Shown here: positions 1-4,915 of the stretch, piece after piece
Layout: every line of letters starts with the position of its first letter
How positions within the stretch are numbered: the first letter of the stretch is position 1
NCBI GenBank assembly: GCA_964510585.1
Contig: CAZECW010000206.1
Coordinates: 1-5,156 of the forward strand
Source of the DNA: an uncultured archaeon
Lineage (GTDB): Archaea > Asgardarchaeota > Jordiarchaeia > Jordiarchaeales > Jordiarchaeaceae
Direction: 5' to 3'
Length of the DNA stretch: 5,156 nt
Translations under genes and position numbers: made by a program
Notes under the pieces: generated by a model
What the model was told of the DNA's origin: nothing
Databases searched by the model: none
Seen by the model: only the letters and a program-made list of their open reading frames with translations

Positions 1-115
1 AGAACAGGCAATCTTGTACCTCTCCTTCTCATAGGCAGCAATAACGTCTGGAGGGCCAGCCTTAATTTTGTCCCAGTCTGGAAAATCAAACCACATCTTA
101 TCATAGTGCAGACAG
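1..115 (+). repeat. Terminal direct repeat, copy 1 (circularisation or assembly overlap)
   Basis: Bases 1-115 (agaacaggca...gtgcagacag) are identical to 5042-5156 by direct comparison. The repeat lies inside a coding sequence, which is typical of a contig-end overlap rather than a biological terminal repeat. Confidence 0.98.
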
Positions 116-1251
116 GTTTTAAGAGCATCCTCTATTGGCCAAACATGATCACTACCTATGAGATACGCGTATTTTCCATGTGCCTGAAGCAGTATGTCTG
201 CATGGCGTCTTAAGTCTCCGCCTGTGATTAGTGTTCCTCCCGGCGGCCAGTGCACCTCTTTACAAAGCTCCACGTGGTACTGTATCAGGTCTGCAGTCAT
301 GTCAGTACCCATCACGTTTATGCCGTCGCAGAAGAACATTATGTCTGTGCCTGCGTCCCTCACTGCTCTGTGGTGCCTGATACAGAACCTGAGAGCCTCC
401 CTCATACACATGTGCAGCCACTCTGGATTACGTTTGTACATCAGAGCTCTTTCCCTATGTCCCAACGTGGGTCCGATGGCACCACCTGCAGTGGAGAGGG
501 GACCCACGCAGGTATTTGTCATGAGGGGCATGACTCCCCAGAGCCCAGCTCTTCTGAGATACTCTTTAATAAATTTGATCTCCCACAACTGCATGGCGTA
601 GGCTCCATAATCCGCTTCGGGTACTTTATGTGAAAGGAACGGCGCTGTTCTGAAAGGTAGCCATGGAACTTGGAATCCGGTTTCCATTGCTCCGGCGCTT
701 CTGCACACGGGAGCAGAGGTTTCCTTAAGATAAACGTGACCACCGTACTCTGCTTCTCCGTAAGTGATTTTGTGAATGAAAACTATGTCTGTTGCAAACT
801 TTGCCACGGCCATATTTGACGCTATAACGTGTAGCTTAGGATACCTGTGAAAATCAACACTCTTCAGTATTACTCCATAGGCGTCTAGAATCCTGGGGGC
901 GTTAGTGGCCATAGCGTAGAGTCCCCCCATTACTGGGCAGCGGTCCCTTTCAACGCCGTAGGCGGTTGCCCAGTACCTGTCTAAGGGAGTCATCTTCTCC
1001 TTAGCTATGTTCTCATGCATCTTAAGCATTATCCTCTCCATAATTAGTAATTCCTCTTCTGACCATTCTGGGGGTTTGAAGTTCCAGTACCAGTCTGGTA
1101 TTTTCAGCTTCTCCCAAATTTCCCATTCTTTGTATGCGTAATCGCACCAGTCCGCGGCCTTTTTCCCTCCGGCTTCCGCCGGCTTTTCCGAAACGGTTGT
1201 GTAGGGTTCTGGTTTCTTATACCAGGATAGGTATTCTTCACCCTCGGGCAT
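1..1251 (-). CDS. URO-D/MtaA-CmuA superfamily corrinoid-associated methyltransferase-like protein, residues 1-417 of 458 (continues across the overlap to 4916)
   Basis: Manual translation from ATG at 1251 is open with no stop to base 1 (MPEGEEYLSWYKKPEPY...KERYKIACS). It is absent from the ORF track, presumably because it runs off the window edge. GAGGTG RBS at 1258-1263. MTPLDRYWATAYGVERDRCPV (from residue 87) matches the family N-terminal MTPxER...GxxxDRxPV motif. It starts 22 bp downstream of a corrinoid protein gene. Confidence 0.88.
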   Translation of the reverse strand, partial: MPEGEEYLSWYKKPEPYTTVSEKPAEAGGKKAADWCDYAYKEWEIWEKLKIPDWYWNFKPPEWSEEELLIMERIMLKMHENIAKEKMTPLDRYWATAYGVERDRCPVMGGLYAMATNAPRILDAYGVILKSVDFHRYPKLHVIASNMAVAKFATDIVFIHKITYGEAEYGGHVYLKETSAPVCRSAGAMETGFQVPWLPFRTAPFLSHKVPEADYGAYAMQLWEIKFIKEYLRRAGLWGVMPLMTNTCVGPLSTAGGAIGPTLGHRERALMYKRNPEWLHMCMREALRFCIRHHRAVRDAGTDIMFFCDGINVMGTDMTADLIQYHVELCKEVHWPPGGTLITGGDLRRHADILLQAHGKYAYLIGSDHVWPIEDALKTCLHYDKMWFDFPDWDKIKAGPPDVIAAYEKERYKIACS

Positions 1252-1257
1252 TTTCCA

Positions 1258-1263
1258 CACCTC
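1258..1263 (-). promoter_or_regulatory. Ribosome-binding site GAGGTG
   Basis: Minus strand reads GAGGTG-TGGAAA-ATG(1251). It sits in a 22-bp intergenic gap, consistent with an operon. Confidence 0.8.
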
Positions 1264-1273
1264 AAAAACCCTT

Positions 1274-1918
1274 TTAGGCCTCCTCCATCAGTTCTGTGGC
1301 TAGCTGCACGGCTGCCAGTGCATCCCGTGCAAAGTAGGCACCTATGGCCTTGGCGTACTCGGGCCCAGTCGCCCATCCACCAATCATGTACTTGACGGGT
1401 AGCTTCTCCCTCTCAATCATCTCCTTGAGGGTCTTCAGCTTGTCCAGACAGCCGGTTATCGCGGAGGCTGCGCCTATGATGTCTGCATTTTTTTCTTTGG
1501 CAGCCTGAATGAACTTTTCCAGAGGCACGTCCTCTCCCAGGTCGGTGACCTCCCAGCCTGCAGATTCAAACATTGTCACCACAACAGATTTCCCTATGGT
1601 ATGCAGGTCTCCCTCCACCATTCCAATAACTAGTTTGCCTGCCACCTCCGACTTTTCAGCCTTCAGGTGGGGCCTTATAACCTCAAGCACCGCCTTCATG
1701 GCCTCCCCAGCCATAAGCAGATCAGTGAGTGAGGCTCCTCCTAGGCCTGAGGCGTACATTTCTCCAGCCTTCATCATGCCTGGAGTGCATCCCTTGTTCA
1801 ATATGTCGATGGCCGAAATTTTCTTAGCAAGCGCCTGCTTGGCGAGGTCCGCTGCGAGCAAGTCGTCACCATCAACAAGAGCCTGGGACAACCTCTCAAG
1901 CAACTCCTTCTCCGACAC
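1274..1918 (-). CDS. Corrinoid (B12-binding) methyl-carrier protein, MtaC/MtbC/MttC-like, 214 aa
   Basis: N-terminal helical cap domain followed by a Rossmann B12 domain. GKLVIGMVEGDLHTIGK contains the DxHxxG motif (His106, 1601-1603), followed by DLGEDVP..KFIQAAKE..ADIIG and MIGG. GTG start preceded by GAGGGAT (1922-1928). Confidence 0.95.
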   Translation of the reverse strand: MSEKELLERLSQALVDGDDLLAADLAKQALAKKISAIDILNKGCTPGMMKAGEMYASGLGGASLTDLLMAGEAMKAVLEVIRPHLKAEKSEVAGKLVIGMVEGDLHTIGKSVVVTMFESAGWEVTDLGEDVPLEKFIQAAKEKNADIIGAASAITGCLDKLKTLKEMIEREKLPVKYMIGGWATGPEYAKAIGAYFARDALAAVQLATELMEEA

Positions 1919-1964
1919 AGCATCCCTCTACTGAGTTTTTGCTTTAAGTATTTTTTTTAACTTT

Positions 1965-1982
1965 TATTTAAAGTTTATTATT
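1965..1982 (-). promoter_or_regulatory. Putative archaeal promoter (TATA box TTTAAATA with A-rich BRE-like upstream sequence) of the corrinoid operon
   Basis: Minus strand reads AATAATAAAC-TTTAAATA (1972->1965), 46 nt upstream of the GTG. That leaves room for a short leader containing the RBS. The region is AT-rich, so chance matches are possible. Confidence 0.6.
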
Positions 1983-2119
1983 ATAAAAACAGATGTGGTG
2001 CAAGTTAGCTCGGCCGTGTGGCGCCTGAGACGGCTTTTTAAACGGATTGGTAGAGTTAAGTTAGTGGGTTAGGAATCTGATTAGTGTGAGTGCAACTTAG
2101 CCCTGAGATTGCTTGATTG

Positions 2120-2189
2120 CGTGTGTCTCGGAATATAACTTTCAAAAAGGGATTAGATACAAATGAGTCGCGGCAAAACGTGTGTCTCG
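2120..2189 (+). repeat. Two exact 11-bp direct repeats CGTGTGTCTCG (2120-2130, 2179-2189)
   Basis: Direct reading; 59-bp period; GC-richer than the surrounding intergenic DNA. Confidence 0.7.
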
Positions 2190-2260
2190 TTCCCTTTTTT
2201 GGGCTTTGTGGTGTTTTATGATTTTTTCAAATCTTTCTTGGGCTAGATGGAGATACTTTG

Positions 2261-2360
2261 TTACATAATTTTATTTTTTCAATTTATTTATATATTTTAA
2301 TGAATTTTTTTGTAATTCTACATTTTTAATTTAAAAAAGATTAAGAAAAATAAATAAATT
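2261..2360. other. Extremely AT-rich tract (92% AT) with an 11-bp inverted repeat
   Basis: Manual count gives 8 G/C in 100 bp. AATTTATTTAT (2281-2291) is the reverse complement of ATAAATAAATT (2350-2360). Confidence 0.85.
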
Positions 2361-2590
2361 TATTAGAAGAATTATGCAAAGCAGTTGGAGAAAGGGCCTT
2401 TTTGGTGATTTTCCGATTTGGACTACTCTAAAAAAATGGTAGACTGGGTGTAAATCTGAGTTGTAAGGAGTGGGGGGTGACATAGAAAAGTTTAGCTTCA
2501 TTAAAAAGGAGCGTTTATACTGTTTCTCCTACAATTATGGAGCCGCAAAACAAGGGGGAAGCCGATTAATCCTACGCCCAAGGGAGGTCG

Positions 2591-2608
2591 AGAAAAAGGT
2601 TATATTAA
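2591..2608 (+). promoter_or_regulatory. Possible BRE/TATA (AGAAAAAGG-TTATATTA) upstream of the nuclease gene
   Basis: Purine-rich run directly followed by a TTATA-like box. An alternative TTTAAAT lies at 2624-2630, so the assignment is ambiguous. Confidence 0.35.
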
Positions 2609-2684
2609 TTAAGCTAGTTAATCTTTAAATTTCAGTGATAATTTTTGAATGTATTGAAAGTGAGTGTCTAGAGGAGTGTGTGGA

Positions 2685-3143
2685 ATGTCTCTTAAAGATT
2701 TTTCCAGATATTTTGCTGAAAAGTCCCTGGTTAAGGATCAGGTTGAAAAAGTGGTTGAGACTCTAAGAGTAAAGTTGAGTGGTGGGGTTGTGGAGTTTGC
2801 TGATGAGGAAGATTTGAAGGATAGGGTTAGAGACATTTGTTTAAGCTTTGACCCATACCTTTTACGTGACCAAGTTAGACAGGGCTATATGGGTGCCTAT
2901 AACATAGACTTTATTCTGTGGAGGGGTTTGCTGGCTATGGAGGTTAAACTTGTTAGAAATAGAGAGGATTTGGAGAGAGCGGTGACGGAGATGGTTTCTC
3001 ACATCCCAACTCTGAGCAGTCTTTACAGTAATGTTCTCTTTCTAGTCTACGACAGTAATGAGGTTATAGGGAATCTCGACGAATTCAAAGGCAATATTGA
3101 GAGTAAATCTGATAATATTAAAGTATTGATAATTAAAGGCTAA
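2685..3143 (+). CDS. Stand-alone PD-(D/E)xK restriction-endonuclease-fold protein, resembling the REase_DpnII-MboI-type domain, 152 aa
   Basis: Motif order E.DL (41-44), NIDF (D75), AMEVK (E86, K88), a helix, then LFLVYDS...IGN..EF...IE...I.V.II. This matches my recollection of the family. ATG 2685 follows GAGGAGTGTG (2671-2680) and is preferred over GTG 2664. Confidence 0.7.
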   Translation: MSLKDFSRYFAEKSLVKDQVEKVVETLRVKLSGGVVEFADEEDLKDRVRDICLSFDPYLLRDQVRQGYMGAYNIDFILWRGLLAMEVKLVRNREDLERAVTEMVSHIPTLSSLYSNVLFLVYDSNEVIGNLDEFKGNIESKSDNIKVLIIKG

Positions 3144-3169
3144 AGATTGGAAATTAAACCTAAATTCGC

Positions 3170-3178
3170 AAAAAAGAA
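3170..3178 (-). terminator. Putative oligo-T terminator (TTCTTTTTT) downstream of the GcvH-like gene
   Basis: Minus-strand T-tract about 20 nt after the TAA at 3199, in the gap between convergent genes. Confidence 0.4.
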
Positions 3179-3198
3179 TAAGTGCCCCTCTTGGAGTA

Positions 3199-3720
3199 TT
3201 ATTGTTCCTCTATTGTGTAGCCCTGTTTTGCCTGCTTTACGAGTTCCTCGTCTTCTGAATACTCTATTATATCTTTAATAATCCATTTTATGGCTTCTTC
3301 CCCTGTTAGGAGGTTCTTTATTTCAGCATCATAGTTATCTGGTTTGAGAACGAGGAACCATCCATCCGTGTAGGGATTTCTAATATTGTGGGGTGGCGAG
3401 GATACTCTATCGGGGTTAACTTCAACGATGGTTCCTGTGAGTGGGGCGTAGAATGGCCCTATGTATTTCACTGTTTCAAGAAGGCCGTAGGGTTGATCCT
3501 GTTTGAGATGTGTCCCTGCGGGTGGCAATTCTATAACGTATGGTAGGGGATGACTGATAGTGGTTACCATCATTGGTATAGCTCCAAAGTAATCTAAACC
3601 CAAGCGCACATTTCCGTCATCTAGCCTTTTTACCCAATTATGCCCCCGCTTATTATGTGAGTAGTAAAGATCTAGGGGAAAAAACATCTCTCCTATTCTG
3701 GCGACTTTCATTTCAATCAC
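3199..3720 (-). CDS. Glycine cleavage H-protein-like (GcvH/LbpA-type) lipoyl carrier protein
   Basis: HNWVK...VRLGL, ELPPAG, YGLLETVKYIGPFYAPLTGTIVEVN and NPYTDGWF follow the H-protein pattern. The lipoyl Lys is conserved (K85, 3466-3468). The true start may be ATG 3711, preceded by GTGAT. Symbol withheld because no gcvT/P/L are present and the protein is divergent. Confidence 0.9.
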   Translation of the reverse strand: MIEMKVARIGEMFFPLDLYYSHNKRGHNWVKRLDDGNVRLGLDYFGAIPMMVTTISHPLPYVIELPPAGTHLKQDQPYGLLETVKYIGPFYAPLTGTIVEVNPDRVSSPPHNIRNPYTDGWFLVLKPDNYDAEIKNLLTGEEAIKWIIKDIIEYSEDEELVKQAKQGYTIEEQ

Positions 3721-3772
3721 TGAATTTTTAATTTAGTTTGCAAGTCCTTGTATATCTTCGCTCATCATAAGT

Positions 3773-3952
3773 TTAGTGTGGTCTGGTAGTGTAATCCAAT
3801 TCCCTGAAATATAACTCGGCGTATCCACAGTTGAGGCAAACATAGGCATCGGCGGGGAAATTTCTTCCAATTTCAAGTATTGAAGGTACGGATACCTCCT
3901 TCCTCTGAATTTTGTCAGAGTTGCATTTTACGCATTTAGTTACCTTAGACAT
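3773..3952 (-). CDS. Small zinc-ribbon protein, 59 aa (CxxC...CxxCGYxExY type)
   Basis: Manual translation: MSKVTKCVKCNSDKIQRKEVSVPSILEIGRNFPADAYVCLNCGYAELYFRELDYTTRPH. GAGGTG RBS at 3963-3968. Not in the ORF track. Confidence 0.85.
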   Translation of the reverse strand: MSKVTKCVKCNSDKIQRKEVSVPSILEIGRNFPADAYVCLNCGYAELYFRELDYTTRPH

Positions 3953-4337
3953 AATATACCCACACCTCTGTTTAAAGTTTTTAAATTTTGATTCTTAAAA
4001 TAATCACCTTTTTTCTTATTTTCTTTATAATTACTTATTAGCTTTTCTACCACCTCTAGAATGCTTCTAATTTGAAATGTTAAGGAGCAACTAACATTTT
4101 GACACCGAGTTCGGAGCATTTTTTTGTCCTTATAAATCTAAAAATAATTTGTGCAGTTTGAGTTGTAAGGCTTCAACCGATGAATTTAATTAGAAATATT
4201 ACTAGTAAGTTAAGAGCCTTTGATCGCACTAGCTGTAAAAAAGGGGAAATTGGTGGTGAACTTATTGTTTTTTTGAATCAGATGAGAGACAGCCGCCGAA
4301 GGAAAAGCCATGCAATTCATTTTCGCATAATTACGAA

Positions 4338-4484
4338 GTGGACATCAGCCGTTTTCGCTGCCCGCACTGCGGTTCCTTCACTGTTGAAATTTTAAGGGAT
4401 GAACCTGTGATAACCGGCGTCTTTCGTATTTTCAAGTGTAAGAAATGTGGTAAGGAGTTTGGCAGATTTCTCGGTCAAGGCTAA
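4338..4484 (+). CDS. Small zinc-ribbon protein, at least 48 aa (CPHCG...CKKCG); start uncertain
   Basis: Manual translation from GTG 4338: MDISRFRCPHCGSFTVEILRDEPVITGVFRIFKCKKCGKEFGRFLGQG. Its TAA (4482-4484) overlaps the TAG of the convergent SCP2 gene (4481-4483). The frame is open back to 4260 with no ATG. Confidence 0.72.
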   Translation: MDISRFRCPHCGSFTVEILRDEPVITGVFRIFKCKKCGKEFGRFLGQG

Positions 4485-4882
4485 CTGGACTCTCCTTTAT
4501 ATTTAGGATGTCCCGGAGGATAGTACGGTTCGTAGGACGCGAATGTCTTGTATCTCTGAAGGACGGCGACGTCGCCCTTAATTTTCATTTCACCCGAGTA
4601 GTACTTTTCAGCCAAATCAACTTCCTTAGTGTGCTGGCCTACCCAGTCATCACTAGTCATGATTACAACAGCGTTGACATCTGTGGGCTCCCTTGTAACA
4701 ATTTCTGAATCTTCGAGTATCCCGTCCTCCTTAAACTTAAGCAGGTATCCGCGGTTAAGATCCCTCATCCAGAAACACATTTTAAAGGGTTCCCAACCTT
4801 CTCCGTAACCCTCCTCAGATAAAGCCTTCATCCTTTTAACGCTGTGATGAAAGCACGCATCAGCCTGCTCTATTGTAGCCAT
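4481..4882 (-). CDS. SCP2 (sterol carrier protein 2)-like lipid-binding domain protein, 133 aa
   Basis: VIMTSDDWVG...VDLAEKYYSGEMKIKGDVAVLQRY matches the SCP2 signature (..D...+..G.LD...A+MSGKLKI.GD...L.K). Preceded by GGAAGTGTGGTG and starts 33 bp after the methyltransferase-like gene's stop. Confidence 0.8.
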   Translation of the reverse strand: MATIEQADACFHHSVKRMKALSEEGYGEGWEPFKMCFWMRDLNRGYLLKFKEDGILEDSEIVTREPTDVNAVVIMTSDDWVGQHTKEVDLAEKYYSGEMKIKGDVAVLQRYKTFASYEPYYPPGHPKYKGESS

Positions 4883-4915
4883 TGCACCACACTTCCTTTA
4901 ACAAGAAGCTAATTT

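Noticed and set aside
1-115. 115-bp repeat as a biological terminal repeat (LTR, phage DTR, att site)
   Set aside because: It lies mid-CDS and in frame on both sides, which fits a contig overlap.
194-743. ORFs 194-601(+), 250-633(+) and 519-743(-)
   Set aside because: Antisense or alternative-frame shadows of the long methyltransferase-like gene; no recognisable motifs.
1-1251. Pyrrolysine- or selenocysteine-containing methyltransferase
   Set aside because: No in-frame TAG or TGA in the reconstructed ORF, and no resemblance to MtmB/MtbB/MttB.
1-1251. Bona fide uroporphyrinogen decarboxylase (hemE)
   Set aside because: It lacks the RQAGRY and FNLGHG signatures, and the corrinoid neighbour favours a methyl-transfer role.
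1104-1376. ORF 1104-1376(-), 90 aa
   Set aside because: Out-of-frame overlap with both the corrinoid and methyltransferase-like genes, which have their own RBSs.
1509-1934. ORF 1509-1934(+), 141 aa
   Set aside because: Ser/Pro-rich antisense shadow of the corrinoid gene.
1995-2040. tRNA-like fragment (TAGCTCGGCCG) as an att site
   Set aside because: Only a D-arm-like resemblance; no T-loop or acceptor stem.
2120-2189. CRISPR array
   Set aside because: Only two 11-bp repeats, too short and too few, and no cas genes.
1985-2260. Cobalamin riboswitch upstream of the corrinoid operon
   Set aside because: I found no B12-box or GCCACTG/GGGAA core on the minus strand, and the likely TATA box implies a very short leader. 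An Rfam scan would settle it.
2537-2560. ORB-like element (TGGAG...AAAACAAGGGGG)
   Set aside because: It has a G-string but lacks the TCCA..TGGA inverted core, occurs once, and there is no cdc6/orc1.
2470-2628. 52-codon GTG-start ORF in the spacer
   Set aside because: No motif, poor RBS spacing, and it runs over the likely nuclease promoter; cannot be supported.
2685-3143. GATC-specific restriction enzyme
   Set aside because: Domain resemblance does not give specificity, GATC sites are present in the unit, and there is no cognate methyltransferase.
4180-4395. ORF 4180-4395(+), 71 aa
   Set aside because: No motif, and it overlaps a different frame that encodes a clear double-CxxC zinc ribbon.
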